Below are positions 51,192-61,363 of a DNA stretch of 64,000 nt, piece by piece. The notes under the pieces were generated by a model, which saw only the letters and a program-made list of their open reading frames with translations, did no database searches and was not told where the DNA came from. Numbering within the stretch: the stretch's first letter is position 1; every line of letters starts with the position of its first letter. A program made the position numbers and the translations under genes. This stretch comes from Longimicrobiales bacterium (GTDB taxonomy: Bacteria; Gemmatimonadota; Gemmatimonadetes; Longimicrobiales; Gaopeijiaceae): the NCBI GenBank assembly GCA_965218295.1, contig CBDCKN010000003.1:160001-224000 (forward strand), written 5' to 3'.

Positions 51192-53177
51192 CTACTCCAG
51201 CGCGCCCATCTCCTCCTCGGTCCTCTCCCACTCGGCTATGAGATCGGCCACCTCACCCTGCAGGCGGGACCGCTCGTTTTCCAGCGCCCTGACGTCGTCG
51301 GGCGGAGTCTGCTCGTAGTAGTCGGGCCGGCAGAAGAGCTCGTCGATTTCCTGGACACGGGCTTCGGCTGTCCCGATGCGAGCCATCAGGGCGTCGAGAC
51401 TCTTCTGGATCCGGCTCTTCTCCACCTTCGAATCGCCGCGCCGGGCCTTTCCCGTCCCACGGCCGTCGCGAGTCTTCGACTTCCGGCCACCGCTCCCGTT
51501 GATCGACGCGTCGGCCGCATCCGCCTCTGCCATCTTCCGCTTCTCACGCTTGGCCTTGAGAATCACCCGGTCGGCGTCCAGATGGTCGTCGCCGCAGAAG
51601 TGCACATACTCCTCGTACGTGCCCAGATAGTCGACGATGTCGTCGGACTTGATCTCCACGACGCGGGTGGCCAGCTGGCTCACGAACCAACGATCGTGCG
51701 AGACCAGCAGGAGCGTTCCCGGGAAGGCGCGGAGTCCCTCGACGAGCGCTTCGATGGACTCGAGATCCAGGTGATTGGTCGGCTCGTCCAGCACCAGGAC
51801 GTTCGGCCGCTCGATGGCCAACTTGCTGAAAACCAGGCGCGCGGCCTCCCCACCGGAGAGCGCACTCAGCCGCTTTTTCCCGTCGTCGCCCGAGAAGAGC
51901 ATCAGCCCCATCCTGCCCCGTACATAGCCGATATCCTTGTCCGGGCAGAAATCCCAGACCCACTCCTCTGCCGTGCGCGTCGGGGACTCGAACTGCTCGT
52001 GGTGGTCCTGGGCGAAGTAGCCCGGATGGGTCTCGTACCCCCATACCACCTCTCCGTCATCGGGCGCCAGCTCATCCATGACGATCTTGAGGAGGGTGGA
52101 TTTGCCGATGCCGTTGGGCCCCATGATGGCCAGCCGGTCGCCCCGGCTCACGAGGAGGTCCACGCCGTGGAGCACCGCGTTGTCCCCGAACGCCTTCTGG
52201 ATGTTCTTGATCTTGAGGACTTCCTTTCCGCTGTCGCGCATCTGCTCGAATCGGAAGGTGGGGTAGCGCCGCGAGCTCGGCGGCAGCTCCTCGAGGGCCT
52301 CCGCTTTCTTCTCAATCATGCGGACCTTGCTCTGTGCCTGCCGAGCCTTGCTCGCCTTCGCCCGAAACCGGTCCACGAACTTCTGGTGATGAGCGATCTC
52401 CCGCTCCCGGGCCACGATGTCCTTCTCCCTGCGCTCCCGCTCCGACTGCTTCGCCTCCAGAAAGACGCTGTAGTTCCCGTGATAGAGAAGCACGGTCTCG
52501 TAATCGACATCCAGGATGTGCGTGGTGACGTTGTCGAGGAAGCGGTGATCGTGAGAGATGACGACCACGGGCCCGGCGAAGTCGCGCAGGAACGTCTCGA
52601 GCCAGCGAATGGAGATGATGTCGAGGTGGTTGGTCGGCTCGTCAAGAAGAAGGACGTCGGGGGAGCTTGCCAGTACCTGAGCGAGGAGGACCCGAAGCTT
52701 GAACCCGCCGGACAGCGTGGAAAGGTGGGCGCGATGGACGTTCGCCGGGAGGCCCAGGCCCTCCAGAATCGTGGCGGCCCGCGCCTCGGCAGTGTATCCG
52801 TCGTGCCTTTGCACGGTCTCCTCCAACTCGGAGAACCGGTCCGCGTCGAAGTGCTCCTCGGCCTTGGCCAACAAGGCCTCCCTCTCTATCATGGCATCCC
52901 ACAGCTCCGGGTTGCCCATGAGGGTGACCTCTAGAATCTCCTCATCCTCGTAGAGGAACTGGTCCTGGCGGAGGACCCCCATTCGCAGGCGCTTGGGGAT
53001 CGAGACCGTGCCGTCACTAGCCTCCAGGTCGCCGCTCAGGATGTTGAGGAGCGTGGTCTTACCGGAGCCGTTGGCGCCCACGAGCCCATGACGCTCCCCC
53101 GGGTTGAGCTGAAAGGACGCACCGGTGAACAGCGTCCGGTCGCCGAATGACTTGTCGAGGTTGGAGACGGAGATCAT
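51192..53177 (-). CDS. ABC-F family ATPase (YbiT-like)
   Basis: Two ABC domains (GANGSGKT, GPNGIGKS, LSGG, LDEPTNHLD), no TM, C-terminal coiled coil. Confidence 0.93.
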   Translation of the reverse strand: MISVSNLDKSFGDRTLFTGASFQLNPGERHGLVGANGSGKTTLLNILSGDLEASDGTVSIPKRLRMGVLRQDQFLYEDEEILEVTLMGNPELWDAMIEREALLAKAEEHFDADRFSELEETVQRHDGYTAEARAATILEGLGLPANVHRAHLSTLSGGFKLRVLLAQVLASSPDVLLLDEPTNHLDIISIRWLETFLRDFAGPVVVISHDHRFLDNVTTHILDVDYETVLLYHGNYSVFLEAKQSERERREKDIVAREREIAHHQKFVDRFRAKASKARQAQSKVRMIEKKAEALEELPPSSRRYPTFRFEQMRDSGKEVLKIKNIQKAFGDNAVLHGVDLLVSRGDRLAIMGPNGIGKSTLLKIVMDELAPDDGEVVWGYETHPGYFAQDHHEQFESPTRTAEEWVWDFCPDKDIGYVRGRMGLMLFSGDDGKKRLSALSGGEAARLVFSKLAIERPNVLVLDEPTNHLDLESIEALVEGLRAFPGTLLLVSHDRWFVSQLATRVVEIKSDDIVDYLGTYEEYVHFCGDDHLDADRVILKAKREKRKMAEADAADASINGSGGRKSKTRDGRGTGKARRGDSKVEKSRIQKSLDALMARIGTAEARVQEIDELFCRPDYYEQTPPDDVRALENERSRLQGEVADLIAEWERTEEEMGALE

Positions 53178-53258
53178 GGGGGAGGAATCTAAACGTTAAA
53201 CCCCGACCGGCCTGTCACGACCGCCGGGGCTCCGGCGCGCACGGCCTCTAGATCGTTC

Positions 53259-54482
53259 CTAGGTCTCACGCTCGTCCACCACCCGGCCGCCGCCGCCGCC
53301 GATGGTGCCGGGTTCTACGATTTCCACATCCAGCCTGAGCTTCGCGGCTTCCTCCAGGGAACTCCTCAAGGCATCCACGTCGAGGGCGGTCGCGTCTTCG
53401 GACTCGATGTGCACTGTGAGCTCGTCCTGGTGCCCCTGGGCCGTGACGACGGCTTGCCAGCCCGCCACGCCCGGATGGGCCGCCAACGCACCGGCGATCT
53501 GCCTGGGGTGGACGAACATCCCTTTCACCTTCACGCCTTCCCCGACCCGACCGAGAAAACCCTTCAGCCGGGCGCTGGTCCGCCCGCATGGGCACGCCCC
53601 CTCGAGGAAAGCGGACAGGTCACCGGTGCCGAACCGGACCAGGGGATACGTCTCGTTGGGGCTGGTCACCACTACTTCGCCCGTCTCGCCGCGCGCCAGT
53701 GGCTCCCCCGTGGCCGGATCCGTGATCTCGATGGCCACACCGGGCGCCACGTGCCAGCCGGACCTCTCGGCGCACTCGTAACCGAGGGTGCCGGCGTCCG
53801 CCGTGCTGTACGACTCGAAGGCGTCGATGCCGTGCACGGTCTGGACCGCCTCACGCAGGGAGGGCGGGAACGGACCCCCGGTCACGAGGCCGCGCCGTAG
53901 CTCAAGTGGGGTGCCCATCTCGACGGCCTTCTCCAGGAGCACGAACAGGAACTGGGGAGTACCCACGTAGCCGGTGGCGCCCGCCGCCCGGGACACCTCG
54001 ACCTGAGCGGCCGAGTTACCTACTCCTCCCGGGACCACCACGCAGCCCACCGCCCGGAGCCCGGCGTCCAGCATCAGACCGCCGGGTGTCAGATGATAGG
54101 AAAAGGTGTTGAGGACCACCTGGTCCGGACCGAACCCGGCGGCTCGGAGTGCCGGAGCCACGCGCCAGAAGTCCGCGTCCGGACCCTCCGGATCGAGGAT
54201 CGGACCCGGAGAGGTGTAGATCCGCTTCAGGTCATCCACGGGAACGGCCAGCATGCCTCCGAACGGAGGAGACGCGGCCTGGAGATCGGGGAGGCTGTCT
54301 TTGGAGAGCACCGGCACCGACGCCAGGTCCGACAGGCCCCGTATGCTGTGGGCTTCCACACCTGCACCGGCCAGGCGCCCGGCGACCTCGGCCGACTTCT
54401 CGGAGGCATACTTCACGGCCCGCCGCACCAGGTCGTCCTGGTAGGCATCCCAGTCCGGTAGGAAGTCGGCCTCCGCGCTCAC
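53259..54482 (-). CDS. Phenylacetate-CoA ligase-like protein
   Basis: SPGPI..P, FSYHLTPGG, GEVVVT, YPLVRFGTGDLS, KVKGMFVHP. Confidence 0.85.
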   Translation of the reverse strand: MSAEADFLPDWDAYQDDLVRRAVKYASEKSAEVAGRLAGAGVEAHSIRGLSDLASVPVLSKDSLPDLQAASPPFGGMLAVPVDDLKRIYTSPGPILDPEGPDADFWRVAPALRAAGFGPDQVVLNTFSYHLTPGGLMLDAGLRAVGCVVVPGGVGNSAAQVEVSRAAGATGYVGTPQFLFVLLEKAVEMGTPLELRRGLVTGGPFPPSLREAVQTVHGIDAFESYSTADAGTLGYECAERSGWHVAPGVAIEITDPATGEPLARGETGEVVVTSPNETYPLVRFGTGDLSAFLEGACPCGRTSARLKGFLGRVGEGVKVKGMFVHPRQIAGALAAHPGVAGWQAVVTAQGHQDELTVHIESEDATALDVDALRSSLEEAAKLRLDVEIVEPGTIGGGGGRVVDERET

Positions 54483-55273
54483 GACAGCCACCGCTTTCTC
54501 CGCCGGTAGTGCTTCACGTCGCGATAGGAGCGGCGCTGGCCCACTTCCGTCAGGCCCAGGTAGAACTCCTTCACGTCGGCGTTCTCCCGAAGGCTGTCGG
54601 CCGTGCCCTCGAGGACGACCCGCCCCCCCTCCATCACGTACCCGAAGTCCGCGATGGAAAGCGCGATCCTAGCGTTCTGCTCCACGACCAGGATGGTGGT
54701 GCCCTCTTCGCGATTGATGCGCTCGAGGCCGTCGAAGATCGTGCGCACCAGCAAAGGCGCCAGGCCCAAAGACGGCTCATCCAGAAGCATGAGCTTCGGA
54801 CGAGCCATGAGCGCCCGGCCCACCGCCAGCATCTGCTGCTCACCACCCGAGAGGTATCCGGCGTGCTGCTTCGCCCGCTCACCCAGTCGGGGGAAGTACT
54901 CGAAGACCCGTTCGATGTCCGGCCGCACCTTTCCACGATCCCTCCGCGTGTAGGCCCCGGCCAGCAGGTTCTCCTCCACATTGAGGTGCTCGAAGACCCG
55001 CCGTCCCTCCATCACCTGGAAGATGCCCTGGCGTACGATCTCGGAGGCGTCGAGCCTGTGGATCTCCTGCTCCCGGAACACGATGGCGCCGTCCGACACG
55101 CGGCCGTTGTCCGGCTCCAGAAGACCCGAGATGGCCTTGAGGGTGGTGGTCTTTCCGGCGCCGTTGGGTCCGAGCAGGGTCGTGATCTTGCCTTCCGGGA
55201 CCGAAAGGGAAAGGCCCTTCAGGACGAGGATCACCTCGTCGTAGCGAACCTCGACGTTGGTCAGCTCGAGCAC
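54479..55273 (-). CDS. Liv-type ABC transporter ATPase (LivF-like)
   Basis: GPNGAGKTT, LSGGEQQM, DEPSLGLAP, VEQNA. Confidence 0.92.
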   Translation of the reverse strand: MLELTNVEVRYDEVILVLKGLSLSVPEGKITTLLGPNGAGKTTTLKAISGLLEPDNGRVSDGAIVFREQEIHRLDASEIVRQGIFQVMEGRRVFEHLNVEENLLAGAYTRRDRGKVRPDIERVFEYFPRLGERAKQHAGYLSGGEQQMLAVGRALMARPKLMLLDEPSLGLAPLLVRTIFDGLERINREEGTTILVVEQNARIALSIADFGYVMEGGRVVLEGTADSLRENADVKEFYLGLTEVGQRRSYRDVKHYRRRKRWLS

Positions 55274-55274
55274 G

Positions 55275-56474
55275 TCATTGCGCCCCGGAATTCTCGGCGG
55301 GTCGCCGGAAGTCGGTGATGGGTTGCCAGACCCCGTCCTCCACCCGGAACAGACGCACGCCCTTGGCACCCCGGTGCTCCTCAGCGCTGAACGAGATGGG
55401 TACGGTCACCCCACCGGTGTCCATCTCCGACACGCCTTCCAGGGCCGCCTTGATGTTCTCTCCCGTAACCTCCTGTCCCGCCTCGATCACCCGCTTGATG
55501 CCCTCGGCCATGACCGCCATCGTCCACCAGCCCTGGGTCAGGGCGTTGCTCTTTTCCTCGATCGCCTCACCCTCGGCTTCCAGGAAGCTCCGGATCTCGG
55601 CGGTGCCGGCCACGTCGGTGGCCACCGGCGCGAACGGCATGGAGCCCACCACGCCTTCGGACGCTTCGGGGGCCAGACTGATCAAGAGCCGGTTCGCACA
55701 CCAGTTCAGACATACGAACGTGACGTCCATGCCCAGGCTCCGGGCGTTACGGACGGCCAGCGCCACCGGACCCGAGGTGTTCTGGAAAACTACGTACTGC
55801 GCGCCGGCCTGCCGGATTCGGGTCAGCTCGGCGGTAAGGTCGGTCGCGCCACGGGGCATCTCGTAGGCCTGAGCGCCTAGACCGATCTGGGCCGCATAAG
55901 CCTCTCCACCCTGTTGCCAGGGCGACAAGCCGAACGGGCTGGCGTTGTGCATGAGGGCGACGGTAGGCGGGCCGGTCTCACCCCGCGCGGCGAAGTCCTC
56001 CTTGATCCAGTCCAGGACGATGAAGAACTGGTCGCTGTAGGTGGCCGCCACCAAAAAGTTGTAGGGAGCCTCCTCCGGATTCCCCAGCCGGTGGGAGAGG
56101 GAGGCGGATGTGAACGGGAGCTGGTCCTCGACGATGCGCCGCTGCAGGGCTTCGGTATCTCCCGTGCCCCATCCCATGAATGCCACGACGCCTTCCTGTA
56201 CGAACTGGCTGTAGAGCTGCTCCGCACGACTCACGTCGTACGCATAGTCCTGGAAGATCAGATCGATGGGCCTGCCTGCGATCCCGCCCTGGGCGTTGAG
56301 CCACGCGACGTAGCCCTGGATCCCCTCCGCGTAGTCCGTGCCGACGTCCGCCGTGGGCCCGCTGAGGTCGAAGATGGCGCCGATCTTGATCTCGTTGGAG
56401 TCGCTGGAGTCCCCGCCACCACCACAGGAGAGGGCCAACGGAAGCAAGATCAGGCACGTCGCGAGTCTTCTCAT
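55275..56474 (-). CDS. Liv-type ABC substrate-binding lipoprotein
   Basis: Lipobox LSC, IKIGAIFDLSGP, GWGTGDTEAL. Confidence 0.9.
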   Translation of the reverse strand: MRRLATCLILLPLALSCGGGGDSSDSNEIKIGAIFDLSGPTADVGTDYAEGIQGYVAWLNAQGGIAGRPIDLIFQDYAYDVSRAEQLYSQFVQEGVVAFMGWGTGDTEALQRRIVEDQLPFTSASLSHRLGNPEEAPYNFLVAATYSDQFFIVLDWIKEDFAARGETGPPTVALMHNASPFGLSPWQQGGEAYAAQIGLGAQAYEMPRGATDLTAELTRIRQAGAQYVVFQNTSGPVALAVRNARSLGMDVTFVCLNWCANRLLISLAPEASEGVVGSMPFAPVATDVAGTAEIRSFLEAEGEAIEEKSNALTQGWWTMAVMAEGIKRVIEAGQEVTGENIKAALEGVSEMDTGGVTVPISFSAEEHRGAKGVRLFRVEDGVWQPITDFRRPAENSGAQ

Positions 56475-56524
56475 GGATCGCTCCTCCGCCAGAGCTGTTC
56501 GTTCCACATCGTGGCCCGTCCCCT

Positions 56525-57588
56525 TCACGATCGATACGCAAACGGCCACACGTGGAAGTAATCCTTCACGTTTCTCCACAACTTCGCGAGTCCTTCGGGC
56601 TCGAAGACCAGGAACAGGATGATCACCGTGCCGAACGCGGCCTGCTGCACGTAGGGCAACACACCGGCCACGACGGGGGCCGTGTCCTGGAGCGCCCGCC
56701 CCACCGTGCCTATGCCCGCCGGCAAGAGCGTGATCAGCAGCGCGCCGAAGAACGAGCCGGATATACTGCCCAGGCCGCCGACGATGATCATGGCCAGGTA
56801 GATGATGCTGGTCTCCAGAGTAAAGCGCTCCCAGGTAACGATGGTGCGGTAGTACGCGATGAGCGCTCCCGCCAGACCCACGAAGAATGACGAGGTGGCG
56901 AAGGCCAGCAGTTTGTAGCGGAAGACGCTGACGCCCATGGCGCTGGCTGCGATGTCCTGGTCCCGGATCGCCACGAAGGCCCGGCCGACCCGGGAGCGGA
57001 ACAGGTTTGCGGCGAAGAGGGCCGTGCCGGCAGCCACGGCTACGCCCAGCCAGTAGAACCGGAAGTCCGTGTTCATCCGGACACCCATCAACATGGGCGA
57101 GGGAAGCACCAGCGCTTCCGTGCCGCCCGTTCCGTGCCGCCCGTGACGGCGGTCCAGTGGGTCACCACCCACTCGACGATCTCCTGGGCCGCCAGGGTGG
57201 CCACCGCCAGGTAGAGTCCCTTGAGCCGCAACGAGGGAAGGCCGAAGAAGACGCTCACCGCGGCCGTGAGCAGAGCTGCCAGAACCATGCTCACCCCCCA
57301 GGGCAGTCCCAGCCGAAGCGTCATCAGGCCCGCGCTGTAGGCGCCCACCGCCATGAAGGCCCCCTGCCCCAACGAGATCTGCCCCGTGTACCCCACCAGG
57401 ATGTTCAGCCCGATGGCACCCACCGTGGCGATGGCGACCTGGTTGGCCAGGGTCAGCCCGTATGGCGACGCCACGAACGGAAACACCAGGACGGCCACGG
57501 CGAAGAGCCACAGGCGGATGCGCTCGGCGGGCTTCCGCCGGAGCGCCATGTCAGCCCGGTAGTCCGTGAAGTAGACGCCGCACTCCAT
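56525..57588 (-). pseudogene. Liv-type ABC permease (LivM-like), frameshifted by a 14-bp tandem duplication
   Basis: GYTGQISLGQ, LRLKGLYLA, GRAFVAIRD, IIVGGLGS; TTCCGTGCCGCCCG repeated at 57116-57143. Confidence 0.85.
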
Positions 57589-57590
57589 GG

Positions 57591-57612
57591 CTAGTGTTCC
57601 GTCCCAGAAGTT
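57591..57612. repeat. Diverged IS630-like terminal scar
   Basis: CTAGTGTTCCGTCCCAGAAGTT, 19/22 identical to the MITE end. Confidence 0.6.
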
Positions 57613-57622
57613 AGACAGGGCA

Positions 57623-58495
57623 TCAGACCCGCTCGATGATGGGGCGGCCGAAGAGGCCGTACGGACGGACCATGAGAATCACGATGAGCACGACGAACGG
57701 GATGACCAGGTTCAGACCGTGCCCCACGTATCCGCCCGTGTACGCCTCCAGCAGCCCGATAGCCGCGCCGCCGATCACGGCCCCGGCGATGGAATCGAGG
57801 CCGCCCAGGATCACCACCGGGAAGACCCGAAGGCCGATGGCGCTGATGTTCTGGCTGACGCCGACGATGTTCCCCAGCATGATGCCGCCGATGGCGGCCG
57901 ACACACAGGCCAGCGCCCACGAGATGCCGATGACCCGTTTGATGCTGATCCCCATGCTGAGAGCCGCCTGCTGGTCGTCGGCAATTGCGCGCATGGCGAT
58001 GCCGTCCCGCGTGTGGCGGAAGAACAGACCGAGTAGGATCAGCACCACGGCCGCCGTAGGGATCACGATGAGCCGGTCCATGCCCAGGACGGCCGAGCCA
58101 ACCGCGATCTCGCCCCGGGGGAGAAAAGCGGGGAACGTGCGGGGCCGGGCGCCCCAGATCGCGTTCACAACCGCCCGGAGCACGCTGGACAGGCCCACCG
58201 TGACCATGATCATCGAGATGACGGGCTCCCCGATGAGAGGACGTAACGCGATACGCTCGATGAGCAGCCCCAGCACAACGGCCAACACCAGAGTCAGGAG
58301 GATGCCCGCGCTCCAAGGGAGTCCGATCTGGGCGATGGCGAAGAAAGAGAGATAGGCTCCGAACAAGAGCAGCTCGCCCTGCGCGAAGTTGATGACGTCG
58401 CTCGACTTGTAGATCACCACGAACCCCACAGCCGCCAGGGCGTAGACCATGCCGTTCGAGAGGCCGGAGACGGTGAGCTGGAGAAAGACGTCCAC
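57623..58495 (-). CDS. Liv-type ABC permease (LivH-like)
   Basis: INFAQGE, GIAMRA, ILGGLDS, RPYGLFG. Confidence 0.92.
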   Translation of the reverse strand: MDVFLQLTVSGLSNGMVYALAAVGFVVIYKSSDVINFAQGELLLFGAYLSFFAIAQIGLPWSAGILLTLVLAVVLGLLIERIALRPLIGEPVISMIMVTVGLSSVLRAVVNAIWGARPRTFPAFLPRGEIAVGSAVLGMDRLIVIPTAAVVLILLGLFFRHTRDGIAMRAIADDQQAALSMGISIKRVIGISWALACVSAAIGGIMLGNIVGVSQNISAIGLRVFPVVILGGLDSIAGAVIGGAAIGLLEAYTGGYVGHGLNLVIPFVVLIVILMVRPYGLFGRPIIERV

Positions 58496-58497
58496 GG

Positions 58498-60507
58498 CTA
58501 CGGGGCCTCCGGGGTCTCGGTCCGCCCCGGCGTCTCAGTTTGCCCCGGCGTCCCGGTCTGCCCCGGCGTCTCGGTCCGCCCCAGCGCCTCGGTCCGCTTC
58601 ACCGTCTCGATCCGCAGATCGTGCCGCACGATGGCCGTCCGCCCGTCCTGGTACGTGATCTCATTCTCCACGGTGATCCGGTCACCGTCGCGGTAGAGGG
58701 CCTCGACCAACTCCGCGTAGCGCTCCGCGATGAAGCGCCGGCGCACCTTCCGGGTTCGGGTCAGCTCGGCGTCGTCGGCGTCCAGTTGCTTGTGCAGCAG
58801 CAGGAAGCGGCGGATGCGTGCGGCCTCGAGCAGCGTGGCGTTCACCTCGGCGACCTGGTCTCTGACGAGGGCGTAGATCTCGGGCTTCTGCGCCAGGTCG
58901 GTGAAGGTGGTGTAGGCCAGCTGATCGCGTTCGGCCCACTTGCCCGCGTTCTCGTAGTCGATGGCCACCAGGGCGGTCACGTACGGCCAGTCGCCACCAA
59001 AGACCACGGCTTCCCGCACGTAGGGGCTGAACTTCAGCTGGTTCTCGATGAACTGGGGACTGAAGGTGGTGCCGTCGGCCAGGATCATGACGTCCTTGGC
59101 CCGGTCGATGACGACCAGGTGCCCCTGGTCGTCCATGTAACCGGCGTCGCCCGAATGCAGCCACCCATCTTCCAACGCCCCCACCGTCGCCTCCTCGTCA
59201 CCGTAATAGCCCTTGAAGACCGCGGGGCTCCGGGTCAGGATCTCACCGTCGTCGGCGATTCTCACCTCGGTGGCGGGAAGGGGCGTGCCCACGGTTTGGA
59301 AGCGGATGTCCCCGTCCCGGTGAACTGCGCTGATCCCGCCGACCTCCGTCTGGCCGTAGAGCTGTTTGAGGTTCACTCCCATGGCGTGAAAGAAACGGAA
59401 GACATCGGGTCCCAGAGCCGCACCCCCTGTGTACGCCCGGCGGACCCGGCGAAGGCCCAGCTGATCCTTTAGGGGCAGCAGGGTGAGCGCCGCGGCCAGC
59501 CGGTACTTCCACGCCAGCGCCGCGCTCGGCCTGCGGCCTTCGAAGCGGGCGTCCGCCATGGCCTTGCCCACCGCCATGGACCAGGCGTACACGCGGCGCT
59601 TCAATGCGGTGGAGTCCTCCATCTTGACCTGCACTTCGGACACCAGGCTCTCCCAGATGCGAGGCGGCGAGACCAGGGCCCTGGGCCCGATCTCCCGGAG
59701 ATCCCGGCGCACCGTGCCCGATTCCTCCGGAAAGTTGGTCGTGAAGCCGACGGTCAGGGCCCATGACAACGTGACCATCTGCTCGCCGATCCAGGCCAGC
59801 GGCAGAACGGACACCACGTCGTCTTCCGCGACCATGGGATCGACGCGCTGCATCTGCTCGGCCATGCTGATCAGGTTGGTGTGGCTGAGCATGGCCAGCT
59901 TGGGCCTGCTGGTGGTCCCCGACGTGGTGCAGAGCAGGGCCACGCTCTCCGGGTCGAGAGCGCCGACCATCTCGTCGAACGCCGTAGGGTTCTCCCGGCT
60001 CAGCGCTTTGCCCATCTCCTCCACATCTGGGAAGAAGACGAGATGCTCGCGGTCGTACCCGCTCAGCCCCTTGGCGTCGTGATAGACGACTCGCTCGAAG
60101 CGCGGCAGTGAGCCCTGGATGTCCAGGACCTTGTCCACCTGTTCCTGATCCTCGGCCACCACGATGCGGGCGCCGGACGCCTCGAGGACATGCCGGAGCT
60201 CATCGAGGACCGAATCCTGGTAGATCCCCACCGGCAGGGCTCCCAGGGACTGGGCCGCAAGCTCCGTGATCACCCACTCGGGGCGGTTGTCCCCGATGAT
60301 CGCCAGCGTGTCGCCGGGGGCCACGCCCAGGGCCCTCAGGCCCAGCGAGAACCGGCGGACGCGGTCCAGATATCCGGTCCAGGTTATCTCCTGCCAGACG
60401 CCGAACTCCTTCTCCCGGAGCGCGACGGCGTCGGGCGTGGTCCGGGCACGGTCGACGAGGAGTCCGGGAAGGGTCGGTTGGGCGGCTGCATCGGCCGGAT
60501 CGATCAC
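58498..60507 (-). CDS. Long-chain fatty-acid--CoA ligase (AMP-binding)
   Basis: TSGTTSRPK, YGQTE, WLHSGD, ELTRTRKVRR. Confidence 0.9.
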   Translation of the reverse strand: MIDPADAAAQPTLPGLLVDRARTTPDAVALREKEFGVWQEITWTGYLDRVRRFSLGLRALGVAPGDTLAIIGDNRPEWVITELAAQSLGALPVGIYQDSVLDELRHVLEASGARIVVAEDQEQVDKVLDIQGSLPRFERVVYHDAKGLSGYDREHLVFFPDVEEMGKALSRENPTAFDEMVGALDPESVALLCTTSGTTSRPKLAMLSHTNLISMAEQMQRVDPMVAEDDVVSVLPLAWIGEQMVTLSWALTVGFTTNFPEESGTVRRDLREIGPRALVSPPRIWESLVSEVQVKMEDSTALKRRVYAWSMAVGKAMADARFEGRRPSAALAWKYRLAAALTLLPLKDQLGLRRVRRAYTGGAALGPDVFRFFHAMGVNLKQLYGQTEVGGISAVHRDGDIRFQTVGTPLPATEVRIADDGEILTRSPAVFKGYYGDEEATVGALEDGWLHSGDAGYMDDQGHLVVIDRAKDVMILADGTTFSPQFIENQLKFSPYVREAVVFGGDWPYVTALVAIDYENAGKWAERDQLAYTTFTDLAQKPEIYALVRDQVAEVNATLLEAARIRRFLLLHKQLDADDAELTRTRKVRRRFIAERYAELVEALYRDGDRITVENEITYQDGRTAIVRHDLRIETVKRTEALGRTETPGQTGTPGQTETPGRTETPEAP
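58511..58600. repeat. Five degenerate 18-bp tandem units encoding (G-R/Q-T-E-T-P)n
   Basis: ggcgtctcggtccgcccc-like units at the 3' end of the CoA ligase. Confidence 0.85.
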
Positions 60508-61300
60508 GGCTGCTCGTCTCCCAAGTACGCCTCGACCACAGCCCGGTCCGTCCGGATCTGGTCCGGCGCTCCCTCAGCGATCTTCCTCCCGAAATCAAGC
60601 ACCGTCACATGGTCGGAGATGTCCATGACCACGTCCATGTCGTGGTCGATGACGACCGGGGTCACGCCCCACTCCTCGTGGACGTCGAGGATGTAGCGGG
60701 CAAGCGCCTCCTTCTCTTCCGAGTTCATGCCGGCCATGGGCTCGTCCAGGAGCAGGAACTCCGGCTCGAACGAAAGCGCGCGGCCCAACTCCACGAGCTT
60801 CTGCTGCCCGTAGGCGAGGTTGCCCACACGGCTCCGCCTCATGGACTGGAGCTCCAGAAAGTCGACGATCCGCTCCACCTCCTCCCGATGCTCGATCTCC
60901 CGCACCTGCTGGCGTCCCCAGTAGAGACCACAGCTCAGAACGCCGCCTCCCATGTGGACGTGCCGGCCGAGCATCAGGTTGTCCAGCACCGTCATGTGCT
61001 TGAACAGCTCGATGTTTTGGAACGTACGGGCGATCCCCAGCCTGGCGATGCGGTGCGGTGCGAGGCGGTCGATACGATGCGCCCGGCCCTGACCGTCCGT
61101 GAGCGTGATCGTGCCCTCCTGGGGCCGGTACAGCCCGCACAGACAGTTGAGCAGGCTCGTCTTGCCCGCACCGTTGGGACCGATCAGCGCCTGAAGGGGG
61201 CCACGACGAAGCGTCAGGGTGACGTCGTCGAGAGCCGTCACTCCCCCGAAGCGGAGCGTGAGCCCGTCGACGCGAATCTCGGGCGATCCGGGAGTCTGAT
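60504..61300 (-). CDS. Liv-type ABC ATPase (LivG-like); original start codon not evident
   Basis: LTLRFGGVTAL, GPNGAGKTS, RTFQN, LAYGQQK, DEPMAG, AYLG. Confidence 0.88.
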
Positions 61301-61363
61301 CGTCGGTGAGGATGAGCCGTCTCCGGATGGGGGGCGCAACTGGTCAGGACGACGTCAGGGGGG

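Noticed and set aside
58511..58600. CRISPR array
   Set aside because: Contiguous 18-bp in-frame units with no spacers and no cas genes; no CRISPR array seen anywhere in the window
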